Position numbers and translations under genes: made by a program. From assembly GCA_963851415.1 (NCBI GenBank), contig CAWKPF010000002.1, positions 2,374,526-2,438,525 of the forward strand: a stretch of DNA of 64,000 bases, read 5' to 3'. The first letter of the stretch is position 1. The number at the start of each line of letters is the position of its first letter. The notes beneath the pieces were generated by a model. That model was not told where the DNA came from. It saw nothing but the letters and a program-made list of their open reading frames with translations, and made no database searches. The DNA comes from an uncultured Acidobacteriota bacterium. Its GTDB lineage: Bacteria; Acidobacteriota; Thermoanaerobaculia; Multivoradales; Multivoraceae. Positions 26,568 to 36,613 of the stretch are shown piece by piece.

Positions 26568-29500
26568 CTAGGCGGGTGCGCCCCGCTCCACCTCGGCGGC
26601 ACCTCCCGCCCATCCTCTCGACCGTCGAACTCGCTCCATCAGACCCGTGGTGCTGACGTACACCACCGGGATCAGCACGAGGGTGACCAGCGTCGAGGCG
26701 AACAGTCCGCCGATGACGACTCGCGCGAGCGCGGCCTGAATCTCGGCACCGGGGCCGAGCCCGACCGCCAGCGGCGCGAGACCGAGAATGGTCGTGGTGG
26801 TGGTCATGAGAATCGGGCGCAGTCGAAGTCGTCCCGCTTCCACCACGGCCTCGACCACCCCCAGGCCGCGGTCCCGACGCAAGAGATTGATCGTGTCGAC
26901 CAGCACGATGGCGTTGTTGACCACGATGCCGATCAGCATGACCAGCCCCATCACGCTCTGAAGATTGAGCGTCGTGCCGGTCAACAGCAGCGTGGGGACG
27001 ACCCCGATGAGCGCCATCGGCACCGAGACCATCACGATCAGCGGATCGAGAAAGCGCTCGAACTGCGCTGCCATGAGCATGTAGACCAGCGCCAGTGCCA
27101 TCAAGATGGCGACCAGGAAGTCGCGCTTGGCTTTCTGCTGCTCTTCGTACTCGCCCCCGAAGTAGATCGAGAAGCCCTCGGGGATCGGCATGTCGGCCAG
27201 CGCGATCCGCACCTCTTCGACGGCGTCTCCGAGGGCCACGCCGCTCTCCAGATCGGCGCTGATGTAGGTCACGCGCTGGCCGTCCGTGCGCGAGATCGAT
27301 GTCGGACCGCGACCCCGTCGCCGCTCGACCACCGTCGAGAGCGGAATCGCCGCGCCGGAGGGTGTGCGTAGAGACACGTTTCGAAGATCCTGCCCGGTGA
27401 GTCGGTCCTCGGCGCGTAGCCGGACCACGATCGGATACTCATCGCCACCGTCGCGAAGACGGCCTGCTTCACTGCCTCCGACGTTGGCCTGGATCGTCCG
27501 CGCCACATCGCGCACGGTCAGCCCCAGCTCGGCAATGCGCTCTCGGTCGAACACCAGGTCTTCCTGGGGCTGACCCTCACGCCGACGAACGCGGGCACTG
27601 ATCACTCCGGGGACCTGCTCCATCCGGCGCATGATCTCCTGGGCCATCCGATCCGCCTGTTCGAGATCCCAGCCGCGAAGCTCCAGCTGCACTGCCTCGT
27701 CGCCGTCTCCGGAACTGAACACGCGTCTCAGGATCCACATCCCCGGGTAGGCGCCGACTCGAAGCCGGGCACCGGGCAGCTGACCGTCGATCGCCTCGCG
27801 GAGCTCGTCCGCCATCTGACTGCTCGACATCGAGCGCTCGTCCTCCGGCACCAGCTTGAGCTCGATCTCGGCGTCTCCACCCCGCACTTCGGTCGAGACG
27901 AAGGCGACGTTCTCGGCGGGAAGAACCCGGCGCACCATCTCTTCGAGCTCCTGGATGTAGGCGCGCACCACGGTGATGTTCGTGCCCTGCGCCATCTCGA
28001 TGTCGATGCCGATCTCGTCGGCGTCGGTCTGGGGAGCCAGCTCGACCGGAATCCGCGGCCACAGCAACAACACACCGCCCAGCAGTGCGAAGGTGACGAG
28101 GATCACTCGGTACCGATGAGACAGTGACGACTCGAGGAGTCGGGAGTAGCGCGCTTCGAGACGCCCGAACAGCGTCTCCTTCCTCTCCTCCTCGGGGCGA
28201 GGCGGTGTGCGGGCCATTCGCGCCGCCAACATCGGCACCAGGGTCAAGGCCACCAGGAGCGAGCAGACCAGAGCGAACACGACCACCAGCGCCAACGCCT
28301 GGAAAAGCGCTCCACTCGTGGTGCGCGCGAAGACGACCGGCAGGAAGATCACGCAGGTGGTCAGGGTCGAGGCGACAATGGCACCGGCCACCTCGGTCGT
28401 TCCCACCAGCGCCGCCTCGTGCCGTCCCAGGCCCCCTTCCTCGCGCTTGCGCACGATGCTCTCGAGCACCACGATCGCGTTGTCCACGATCAGACCGACC
28501 CCCAGGGCCAGCCCACCGAAGGTCATCTGATTGAGGGTCAGTCCACCGAAATAGAGCAGGGCGAAGGTCGAAATGACCGAGATCGGAATCGAGAGAGCAA
28601 TGATGGCCGTACTCGAGCGATTGCGCAGAAACGCGTAGAGCACCAGCACCGCGAGCAGCGATCCCCAGATCGCGGAACTGCGCACGCTCGAGATCGACTG
28701 CCGGATGAAATCGCTCTGATCCGAGACCACGGTGAGATGAACATCCGAGCGGTCCATATTGATTCGCTCGACCTCTTCACGCACACGGTCGGCCACCGTC
28801 ACCGTGTTGGCGCCGCTCTGCTTCTGGATCCCGAGGCTCACCGACGGCATCCCGTTGACTTCGACCAGCCAGCGCACATCTTCGTAGTCGTCACGCACGT
28901 TGGCGACGTCGCGCACGCGAACGGGAAGTCCGCCGATGTTCGTGATCACCGTATTGGCGATCTCCTCGACGCTCTTGTACTCACCGAGTGCCCGCACGTA
29001 GAGGTCGGTATAGCCGCTCTTGACGTTGCCGCCGGGCACGGTCAGGTTCTCTTGCGCGAGGCTCTCTCGAACATCCAAAGCGGTCAAGCCCGCCGCGCGC
29101 AGGCGATCGCGCGCCAGCTCGACGCGGATCTGGCGATTGATGCCACCGCGAACTTCGATCGTGCCCACTCCCGGAATCTGCTCGAACCGACGCGACACGT
29201 CATCCTCGAGGATCCGTGTCAGCTCCTCGAGAGGACGGGTCGACGTCGCTGCCAGAGAGACGACCTCGGCGCGATCGAGATCGAGCTTCCAGATCTGCGG
29301 CTGCTCGGCCTCGAGAGGCAGGTCGTCACGCAGGCGATCGAGCGCTGCCCGAAGGTCGTTGGCCGCCTCGTCGATATTCGTCCCGCGGCCGAACTGCAAG
29401 CTCACCCGGCTCGAGCCCTCCTCGGATCTCGAGGTGATGCGTTCGAGATTGGGCAACCCCGAGACGGCGTTCTCCACCGGGTCCGTGATGATCTGCTCGA

Positions 29501-29678
29501 TCTCTTCCGGTCCGACGTTGGGGTAGGAGGTCCAGACCGTCAAACGAGTGAATTCGATCTTCGGCAACAAGTCGACCGGAAGGCTGCGCAGTGAAACGAT
29601 GCCCAGCACGACCAGAATGAGGAAGACCATCGCGGTCGCGACCGGGCGACCGACAGAGATCCGAGTCAGATTGGACAC
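26568..29678 (-). CDS. RND efflux transporter permease (AcrB/CzcA superfamily)
   Basis: 1036 aa, 12-TM RND architecture. N-terminus [39 protein letters not shown] and internal repeats are typical of HAE/HME RND pumps. Confidence 0.9.
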   Translation of the reverse strand: MSNLTRISVGRPVATAMVFLILVVLGIVSLRSLPVDLLPKIEFTRLTVWTSYPNVGPEEIEQIITDPVENAVSGLPNLERITSRSEEGSSRVSLQFGRGTNIDEAANDLRAALDRLRDDLPLEAEQPQIWKLDLDRAEVVSLAATSTRPLEELTRILEDDVSRRFEQIPGVGTIEVRGGINRQIRVELARDRLRAAGLTALDVRESLAQENLTVPGGNVKSGYTDLYVRALGEYKSVEEIANTVITNIGGLPVRVRDVANVRDDYEDVRWLVEVNGMPSVSLGIQKQSGANTVTVADRVREEVERINMDRSDVHLTVVSDQSDFIRQSISSVRSSAIWGSLLAVLVLYAFLRNRSSTAIIALSIPISVISTFALLYFGGLTLNQMTFGGLALGVGLIVDNAIVVLESIVRKREEGGLGRHEAALVGTTEVAGAIVASTLTTCVIFLPVVFARTTSGALFQALALVVVFALVCSLLVALTLVPMLAARMARTPPRPEEERKETLFGRLEARYSRLLESSLSHRYRVILVTFALLGGVLLLWPRIPVELAPQTDADEIGIDIEMAQGTNITVVRAYIQELEEMVRRVLPAENVAFVSTEVRGGDAEIELKLVPEDERSMSSSQMADELREAIDGQLPGARLRVGAYPGMWILRRVFSSGDGDEAVQLELRGWDLEQADRMAQEIMRRMEQVPGVISARVRRREGQPQEDLVFDRERIAELGLTVRDVARTIQANVGGSEAGRLRDGGDEYPIVVRLRAEDRLTGQDLRNVSLRTPSGAAIPLSTVVERRRGRGPTSISRTDGQRVTYISADLESGVALGDAVEEVRIALADMPIPEGFSIYFGGEYEEQQKAKRDFLVAILMALALVYMLMAAQFERFLDPLIVMVSVPMALIGVVPTLLLTGTTLNLQSVMGLVMLIGIVVNNAIVLVDTINLLRRDRGLGVVEAVVEAGRLRLRPILMTTTTTILGLAPLAVGLGPGAEIQAALARVVIGGLFASTLVTLVLIPVVYVSTTGLMERVRRSRGWAGGAAEVERGAPA

Positions 29679-29693
29679 GTTCTCGCCTCCTCC

Positions 29694-31145
29694 TCAGAGG
29701 GTCGAAGCCGGCACCGGACCGCGCGGGACTGGTGTCTGGACACTCTTGCCGAGGAACTCTTCGTTGGTCGGGGGGGTCGCCCCACGCTCACGGGCGAGAC
29801 GCTGCTGCTTCTCGAGGAATCCGCGCAGCAGATCTTCTCGCTGAAGTCCCTGCAGCGCGACGACCTTCTCCCAGCTCGACTCTCGCACATGCGCCTCGAG
29901 TGTCTCCTCCTCGGAGGAAAAAAGGTGTTGGCCAAGCGTCACTACCCACTCGCCGGGCTCGACACCCGTGATACCCACGCTCTGGCGCCCCTCGGCGAGA
30001 ACCTCGACGGGGCGAAACTCGATCGGAAAGGCCTCCTCCGAGAGCTCGGCCGTTGCCACCGAGCCCAGATCCGCGGAGGTCACATCCGACGTCGGTGCCA
30101 AGCCAGAGACCGGACGACCCGACTCGGAGTAGCCCGCCGCCACGAAGACCCCGATCAATCCTGTCCTGGGGTCTTCCCAGAGAGCACTGGTCGGGACCAG
30201 GGTGGCTCGCTCGCTCTCGCCGTAGAGCACGTCGACCGTCACGAACATCCCGGGTCGGAGCGGACCATCGGTGTTCGCGACGTCGACCTCTCCGATGGTG
30301 CTGAAGCTGGTGGACTCGAGAAACGGCGAGATGCGTGACAACACTGCGCGCACACTGCCCTCGCCGAGAGACGAGGAGGAGATCTCGACTGGCAGCCCTT
30401 CGTCGATGTAGGCCAGCATTCCTTCGGTCAGGGGTACCTCGACGATGAGGGAGTTCAGATTGCCGATCTGGAAGAGCAGCGTGCCCGGGTCGACCAGCAT
30501 GCCGACCTCCACGTTGCGCTGCCCCACGCTGCCGGAGATCGGCGCGCGAACCAGGGTATCGGCGAGCTGAGAGCGCCGCTCCTGCACCGTTGCCTCGGCC
30601 TGCTGGACGCGAGCGCGGGCCGCCGCGGCAGACGCCTGGGTGGCCTGCAGCCGAGCTTCCTGGGTCTCGAGATCGACCTCACTGACCAGGTCCTGCTCCG
30701 CCAGAGCTCGGGTGCGCGTCACCTGGGCTTCGATTTCCGCCACTCGCGCCACGGCTTCCGCAGCGGAGGCTTCGGCCAATGCGACAGCCGCTTCGGCCTG
30801 ACGAAGCTGATCCTGGAGGGCATCGTCTTCGAGGCGCACCAGCGGCTGGCCAAACTCGACCAGCTGTCCGCTTCGAACCATGACCTCGAGCACGGGAGCA
30901 CTGATCTCCGGATAGATCGCCACCTGGTTCTCTGCCCGGACGACACCACTGAGGCGCTCCTGTAGCGGGAGTGCTCCGACCCTGGCCTGTACGATCTCGA
31001 CAGCGGGAATCGGACCCTGCTCGCGGTCTTCGAACGCTTCCTCAGACTCTCCGGAGCCGCAAGCCACCGTGCTCATGGCGATCGCTGCGACTGCGAGTGC
31101 CCAGCGCCTTTTCCAGAGCCGGCCCCCCGTCGTTTGACCCCGCAT
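29694..31145 (-). CDS. RND efflux periplasmic adaptor (membrane fusion protein)
   Basis: Signal/lipobox AIAMSTVACGSG, coiled-coil hairpin (LRQAEAAVALAE…ARLQATQASAAAARARVQQAEA) and biotinyl-lipoyl-like motif VRAPISGSV. Start trimmed to MRGQTTGG (31145). Confidence 0.8.
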   Translation of the reverse strand: MRGQTTGGRLWKRRWALAVAAIAMSTVACGSGESEEAFEDREQGPIPAVEIVQARVGALPLQERLSGVVRAENQVAIYPEISAPVLEVMVRSGQLVEFGQPLVRLEDDALQDQLRQAEAAVALAEASAAEAVARVAEIEAQVTRTRALAEQDLVSEVDLETQEARLQATQASAAAARARVQQAEATVQERRSQLADTLVRAPISGSVGQRNVEVGMLVDPGTLLFQIGNLNSLIVEVPLTEGMLAYIDEGLPVEISSSSLGEGSVRAVLSRISPFLESTSFSTIGEVDVANTDGPLRPGMFVTVDVLYGESERATLVPTSALWEDPRTGLIGVFVAAGYSESGRPVSGLAPTSDVTSADLGSVATAELSEEAFPIEFRPVEVLAEGRQSVGITGVEPGEWVVTLGQHLFSSEEETLEAHVRESSWEKVVALQGLQREDLLRGFLEKQQRLARERGATPPTNEEFLGKSVQTPVPRGPVPASTL

Positions 31146-31420
31146 CGAACTCACCTCCTCGAAATCAGACCGAGCGATCCTCCTCTGGGGGAAGGCCCGC
31201 TCCTGGGAACTTCTCCTATTTCTTCGATCCGGTACGCCGATCGGATGCCGGCGTACCCTTGAACCTACGCGATTTCCCAAAGGGCGGATGCAAGAAGCGT
31301 GTAAAACAGGTCCTGAGAGGGAGGCGCGAGCCGCCCGAGGCGGCCTCTAGCGGCAGCGACGGGCATGGGCCGCCGCGTGGCACGACGCACACTCTAGTAG
31401 TCTGCCCACCGGAGTTGCCC

Positions 31421-33835
31421 GTGGCCAGATTCAAGAAGAAGCGCGCCCAGAGCGCGTCTAGAAAGCGCAGCCCCTCCCCGAAGGCGCCCGAGCGCGCGAC
31501 CGAGCCCGAACGGCCCTCGGAGCCCTCGCCGAACCCGTGGCTCGCGGCCCTCGGTGTAGCGGCTCTCGTCGCCCTTCTCGTCCTGTCGACCGTCTGGCTC
31601 TCCCTCCGAGAAACCGGAGGCGCACAAGACCCATCGGAGCCGGCCGGCGCCGAGCCCCCGACCGAGGCGATCCGCGCCGAGGACCCGGCACGCGACTCCC
31701 ACGAGCGCATGCTGGCCGCGCTTCAGGAGATCCAACGCCGCACCGACACGGAGAACCCCTATCAGGGCACCTATCTCGCTCAACAAGCGCGCGCCGCCCT
31801 CGCGGCACTGCCCCCGGACGCCCCTGCCGGGTCTCGATTCAGGGCGCTGCGCGAGGCGGGGGACCACGAGCTTCGCCTGGGCAACGAGGCCGAAGCGATT
31901 GCTCGCTTCACCGAGGCCTACGAGCTGCTGCCCACCGCCGCTCCCGAGCTGTCGCGAGAGGAAGGACTCCGCCTCGTGTTCCGCCTGGGCCTCGCCCACC
32001 TGCGTTTCGGGGAAACCCGCAACTGCGCCCTCGATCACTCCGGCGAGAGCTGCATCCTGCCGCTCCGCGGCGGCGGCCTGCACCGCGAGCCCGAGGGCTC
32101 CCGCGAGGCGATGCGCTACTTCACCCAGGTCGCCGAGCTGGCGCCATCGGGCCATCCGATCTTCCTCAAGGCGATCTGGCTGCTCAACCTCGCCGCGATG
32201 ACCCTGGGCGAGCACCCCGATGGAGTGCCGCCCGAGCTGCTCATCCCACTGCCTCTGTATGGCTCCGACGCTGAACTGGTCCGCTTCGACAACGTGGCGC
32301 CGCATCTGGGGCTCGACACCTTCAACCTGTTCGGCGGCATGGTGGTAGATGACTTCACGGGCGACGACCTTCTCGACGTCGTCACCACGACCTTCGAGAC
32401 CTCCGGACAGATGCGCTTCTTTCGCAACGACGGGGACGGCACCTTCACCGACAGGACTCGCGAAGCCGGCCTCGAGGGGCTCTACGGCGGGCTCAACGTC
32501 CTGCAGGCCGACTACGACAACGACGGCGATCTCGACCTGTATGTGCTCCGTGGCGCCTGGCTCGAAGACGTCGGCCGACATCCCAATTCCCTGCTGCGCA
32601 ACGAGGGGGAGGGCCGTTTCGTCGATGTGACCTTCGCCGTGGGGCTGGGCCAGGAGCACTACCCGACCCAGACCGCCTCGTGGGCCGACATCGACAACGA
32701 CGGCGATGTCGATCTGTTCGTCGGCAACGAATCGAACGTCAAGCTGCCGGACGCACCCAGCCAGCTGTTTCGCAACGACGGCGAGAGCTCCGAAGATCGA
32801 CACTTCACCGAGATCTCGCTGTCCGCTGGGATCGACCACCGGAGTTTCGTCAAGGGAGTGGTCTGGGGAGACTACGACGGCGACCGCTTCCCTGACCTCT
32901 ACATCTCGACCCTGGGCGGCCCCAACCGACTGCTGCGCAACGACGCGAACGGACCGGGCGCCGATGCCACCTTCACCGACGTCACCGCCGAGCTCGGTGT
33001 CTCCGAGCCTCTCGATTCCTTCCCGGTCTGGTTCTGGGACTTCGACAACGACGGCTCCCTCGACCTCTACGTACCGAGCTACCGAGGCATCACCGATGCG
33101 GTCAGTGCGGTGGTGGCGAGCTACCTGGGACTCGAGCCGATTCTCGAGCTACCGCGCCTCTACCGTGGAAACGGCGAGGGCGGATTCGAGGAGGTCGCTG
33201 CTCGGAGCGGTCTCACGCGCATCCACATGCCGATGGGAGCCAACTTCGGCGACCTCGACAACGACGGCTTTCTCGACTTCTATCTCGGCACCGGCTACCC
33301 CGACTACGAGTCGCTCATGCCCAACGTCATGTACCGCAACGCCCAGGGACGACGCTTCGAGGACGTAACGCTCGCTGGGGGATTCGGCCACCTGCAGAAA
33401 GGCCACGCGGTGGCGTTCGCCGACTTCGATCAGGACGGCGACCAGGACGTCTTCGAGCAGATGGGAGGCGCCTTTCCCGGCGACCGATTTCACGACGCCC
33501 TGTTCGAGAACCCGGGATTCGGGAACCACTGGCTGAGCCTGCACCTCGTCGGAGAGCAGTCGAATCGCGCCGCGATCGGAGCCCGGATTCACGTCCGAAT
33601 CGAGGAAGCCGGCCGGGAGCGTTCCATCTACAAGCACGTCAACAGCGGTGGCAGCTTCGGCTCCAACCCCCTGCGCCAGACTCTCGGCCTCGGCCAGGCC
33701 TCTCGGATCCTCGAGCTCGAGATCTACTGGCCGACCAGCAATCTGACGCAGAGCTTCGAGGGAATCGAGCCAAATCGGCTCTATCGGGTCGTCGAAGGTC
33801 GAGACGGACTTCAGGAGCTGGCCTCGCTTCGATAG
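31421..33835 (+). CDS. CRTAC1-family protein (FG-GAP/VCBS beta-propeller repeats plus ASPIC/UnbV C-terminal domain) with N-terminal TM anchor and TPR-like region
   Basis: Repeated FRNDGDGTF / DYDNDGDLD / DIDNDGDVD / FDNDGSLD / DLDNDGFLDF calcium-binding FG-GAP motifs. C-terminal …WLSLHLVGEQSNRAAIGARIHV…NSGGSFGSNPLRQTLGLG… is UnbV/ASPIC. GTG start at 31421 with GGAG 6 nt upstream; the ORF-track 5' extension overlaps the adaptor gene on the other strand. Confidence 0.7.
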   Translation: MARFKKKRAQSASRKRSPSPKAPERATEPERPSEPSPNPWLAALGVAALVALLVLSTVWLSLRETGGAQDPSEPAGAEPPTEAIRAEDPARDSHERMLAALQEIQRRTDTENPYQGTYLAQQARAALAALPPDAPAGSRFRALREAGDHELRLGNEAEAIARFTEAYELLPTAAPELSREEGLRLVFRLGLAHLRFGETRNCALDHSGESCILPLRGGGLHREPEGSREAMRYFTQVAELAPSGHPIFLKAIWLLNLAAMTLGEHPDGVPPELLIPLPLYGSDAELVRFDNVAPHLGLDTFNLFGGMVVDDFTGDDLLDVVTTTFETSGQMRFFRNDGDGTFTDRTREAGLEGLYGGLNVLQADYDNDGDLDLYVLRGAWLEDVGRHPNSLLRNEGEGRFVDVTFAVGLGQEHYPTQTASWADIDNDGDVDLFVGNESNVKLPDAPSQLFRNDGESSEDRHFTEISLSAGIDHRSFVKGVVWGDYDGDRFPDLYISTLGGPNRLLRNDANGPGADATFTDVTAELGVSEPLDSFPVWFWDFDNDGSLDLYVPSYRGITDAVSAVVASYLGLEPILELPRLYRGNGEGGFEEVAARSGLTRIHMPMGANFGDLDNDGFLDFYLGTGYPDYESLMPNVMYRNAQGRRFEDVTLAGGFGHLQKGHAVAFADFDQDGDQDVFEQMGGAFPGDRFHDALFENPGFGNHWLSLHLVGEQSNRAAIGARIHVRIEEAGRERSIYKHVNSGGSFGSNPLRQTLGLGQASRILELEIYWPTSNLTQSFEGIEPNRLYRVVEGRDGLQELASLR

Positions 33836-33901
33836 CATCGGCTCTCTGAACCACGAATCTCGACGACCTCCACCGCACGGAGGATCAATCAGGAGTCACC
33901 G

Positions 33902-34510
33902 ATGCGAACTGCCTCATTCCCTCGCCTTCTCGCCGTCGTCGGCGCGAGCGCGCTCCTCCTACTCTCTTTCGCCTGTAGCGACATGGAGTCGGCAAACTCC
34001 GAGACCCCGGCACCAGCGCCCGAGCTTCCGGCCAATCACCCGGCGCCCGGCGCTTCGTCGGTCATCGCCGCCGGACTCGTCTTCGACCTCCCTGCGGGCT
34101 TTCGCTCCGTTCCCCCGGAGTCCCAGATGCGGGCGGCTCAGCTCGCTATCGACGGTAGTGGCGGCGAGGGCCAGGTGGCCGTCTTCCACTTCGGCGTGGG
34201 CGGTGGCGGCGAGATCGACGCCAACCTGCAGCGCTGGATCGGGCAGATGGGCGACGCCGGAACACCACAGCGCGACTCCTTCACCGTCGGAGACCTCGAG
34301 GTCGTATGGATCGACGTCAGCGGCACGCTGCTGCGCAGCACGATCGGCTCGTTCCCGCCCGAGGACATGCCCGACTATCGAATGTTCGGAGCCGTCGTCA
34401 CGGGAGGCTCCGGTCCCTGGTTCTTTCGCGCCGTCGGTCCGGAGCAGACCATGGAACAACAGCGCAGCGCCTTCATCGCCATGTTACGCACCGCTCGCGA
34501 AGCCGCCTGA
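33902..34510 (+). CDS. hypothetical lipoprotein
   Basis: Signal/lipobox LLLLSFACSD; no recognisable domain. Confidence 0.45.
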   Translation: MRTASFPRLLAVVGASALLLLSFACSDMESANSETPAPAPELPANHPAPGASSVIAAGLVFDLPAGFRSVPPESQMRAAQLAIDGSGGEGQVAVFHFGVGGGGEIDANLQRWIGQMGDAGTPQRDSFTVGDLEVVWIDVSGTLLRSTIGSFPPEDMPDYRMFGAVVTGGSGPWFFRAVGPEQTMEQQRSAFIAMLRTAREAA

Positions 34511-34615
34511 CGCGCAGGAGCCCGCTCGATGCACAACGCCCCGGCGATGCCGGGGCATGTGGGTCGCTCTTCGGACCCGACTTTCCGAACCCGACTTTCC
34601 GGGCCGGGGGTCGAC

Positions 34616-35098
34616 CTACGGCAGAGCCATGGCGAGCGCACGATCGCCGATGCGTGAAGCGGCTCGTGCGGGCATGCTCACGCGAACCTTGGCATCGGGC
34701 GTGTCGACGCGCACATAGAGCTTGCCGCGCCGCTTGCCCACCTTGACTTCTTCCGTAGCGCTGCGCACGTGCACGTAGTCACCTGCCGGCATCTCACGCA
34801 GGGCGTGCATGACGTCGTGCAGCGTCTCTGCCAGATCGTCGTCTTCGAATGCCCTCTCGAGCTCGCGGTGAAGCTCTTGCTGGAACCTGCGGCGCTCTTC
34901 GACCGGCAGGGCGAGCTCGGTGGCGTCGAGGCCCAGATCCACGAACCGAGTCGGAATCGGTACGAAGAAGTCGACCTCTTCGGTGTCGACCGACACCATC
35001 GCGATCCCGCCGCTGACCAGCCAGACCGTGCCGGCTGCGCCCCCGAAGAGAATCGTGGAGAGCCCAACGGCGGTAGTGGCGAGGAGCATCTTCAGCAT
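34616..35098 (-). CDS. hypothetical membrane-anchored protein (paralogue of the next gene)
   Basis: N-terminal TM segment. Shares VDLGLDATELAL / …YVHVRSATEEVKVGKRRGKLYVRV… pattern with 35120-35692. Confidence 0.4.
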   Translation of the reverse strand: MLKMLLATTAVGLSTILFGGAAGTVWLVSGGIAMVSVDTEEVDFFVPIPTRFVDLGLDATELALPVEERRRFQQELHRELERAFEDDDLAETLHDVMHALREMPAGDYVHVRSATEEVKVGKRRGKLYVRVDTPDAKVRVSMPARAASRIGDRALAMALP

Positions 35099-35119
35099 GG
35101 GCGTTTCCCCTCTGGCGAC

Positions 35120-35692
35120 TCAGTCGGAGGTGTTGGAGTCGTCGACCCAGACTCGAACCGTGGTTTCGTCATCGCGCACGGTGACCATATCGCCGTCGCC
35201 GTGCTCGGCCAGAGCCCGCACCGCAGCCGCCAGATCGAGCCTCCCGTTCTCACCCGAGAACAGCGCATCGATCACCGCGAGCGGGAACCGCACGTTGACC
35301 TCGGCTCCGTCGCCCCCGCGCTCGACGGTCTGGGCAACGAAGTAGTCACCCTCTTTGCGCACCTCGACGGTGTCATCGTGCTCACGCACGGTGACATAGG
35401 TCGCATCGGGACCGTTGCGCATCTCCTCCCAGAGCTGCCGAAGGTCCTCGACATCGATGTCGGAGTCGTTGAGCCCGAGTCGGACTTCCTCTTCGACTTC
35501 CGCTGGAATGAGGCGCAGAGCGGACTCGATCAGATCGAGCGGCAGATTGACCATCACCTCCGCACCGTCGATCTCGTCGACGCGGACGTGGAACCAGCGC
35601 TCGGCTGCGGGCGCCGCCGCCGCGACGAGCCCGAGCATCAAGGTGAAGGCCAGGGACAGGATCAGGGTTCGGCTCTTTCTTTGGGTCATCGC
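35120..35692 (-). CDS. hypothetical secreted protein (paralogue of the previous gene)
   Basis: Signal peptide. VNLPLDLIESAL … YVTVREHDDTVEVRKEGDYFVAQTVERGGDGAEVNVRFP parallels the upstream neighbour. Confidence 0.4.
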   Translation of the reverse strand, partial: AMTQRKSRTLILSLAFTLMLGLVAAAAPAAERWFHVRVDEIDGAEVMVNLPLDLIESALRLIPAEVEEEVRLGLNDSDIDVEDLRQLWEEMRNGPDATYVTVREHDDTVEVRKEGDYFVAQTVERGGDGAEVNVRFPLAVIDALFSGENGRLDLAAAVRALAEHGDGDMVTVRDDETTVRVWVDDSNTSD

Positions 35693-35993
35693 GTGGCTCC
35701 GGCTGTTTTTCACTCCCTCCAGGGATACGCAGCAACGGTGGAGGGAATTCGCAAAGGATGAGGGCCTGCTGGGGACCTCGTTGCTTCACACACAAAGACG
35801 AAGCAGCAGGGGAAAATGTTTCGTCCGGTTCTCCGTCATCTCACAGAAAGAGGCGATTCCGCTCCGAGGCGCCCCCGCCGGGGAGCGGCGAGCACGGCTC
35901 CTCTACCTCGAGGAGCCTCGAACCCGGGGGACGATATGACAGACTCCGGCTACACCCCGCCGCCCCTCTCCACTCGCCGATCGGAGACCAGCG

Positions 35994-36572
35994 ATGATCC
36001 CTCTCTCCCGACACACCACGGCCTTGCTCGGAGCCGCGCTCGCCACCTTCCTCAGCACCTCCGTGGCCCTGGCTCAGGACAGCCGCAAAGATCTCAAGCA
36101 GGAAACGAAACGCCTCGCCCTCGACGAGATGTCGAACGAGACCCTCGAGAAAGTGCTCTCGACCGACGAGCGGGCCAGACTCCTGTACGACAACTCCTAT
36201 GGCTGGGCCGCCTTCGACAATGTGAAGGTCCAGTTCGCGATCGCCGGCGGCGGCGGTCAGGGAGTCGCGGTGGTCAAGGAGACGGGAGAGCGAACCTACA
36301 TGAACATGGGCACCGCCGGCATCGGGCTCGGCATCGGCATGAAGCAGTACCAGGTGCTGTTCCTGTTCGAAACCGCTTCCGCCCTCGACAACTTCATCAA
36401 TGCCGGCTGGGAGGCCGAGGCCTCTGCCAGCGCTACCGCCGATGAGCGGGGGGTCGGCGCCGCGACCAGCTTCAACGATGGCGTGGCGTACTACATGCTC
36501 ACGGACAACGGCTTGATGGCCGGGGCCGATATTTCCGGCACCAAGTACTGGAAGGACGGCAAGCTCAACTGA
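35994..36572 (+). CDS. secreted SYLF/Ysc84-like (DUF500) domain protein
   Basis: Signal peptide then …YDNSYGWAAFDNVKVQFAIAGGGGQGVAVVKETGERTYMNMGTAGIGLGIGMKQYQVLFLFET… matches my recollection of the lipid-binding SYLF domain. Confidence 0.5.
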   Translation: MIPLSRHTTALLGAALATFLSTSVALAQDSRKDLKQETKRLALDEMSNETLEKVLSTDERARLLYDNSYGWAAFDNVKVQFAIAGGGGQGVAVVKETGERTYMNMGTAGIGLGIGMKQYQVLFLFETASALDNFINAGWEAEASASATADERGVGAATSFNDGVAYYMLTDNGLMAGADISGTKYWKDGKLN

Positions 36573-36613
36573 GTATCGGCACGGAGGAGGCCGCGCAGCG
36601 CCGGCGCTACTGG

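Noticed and set aside
28419-29594. 391-aa + ORF
   Set aside because: Antisense to the RND permease.
30971-31420. 5' 150 codons of the 954-aa ORF-track call for the CRTAC1-like gene
   Set aside because: Overlap the adaptor-protein gene on the opposite strand and translate to S/R/P-rich sequence. A GTG with GGAG RBS at 31421 gives a basic cytoplasmic tail plus TM anchor.
31394-32839. 481-aa minus ORF; also 36491-37861 (456 aa, minus) and 45637-47325 (562 aa, minus)
   Set aside because: Antisense shadows of the CRTAC1-like, GT39 and TPR-lipoprotein genes; no motifs, extreme G/R/A content.
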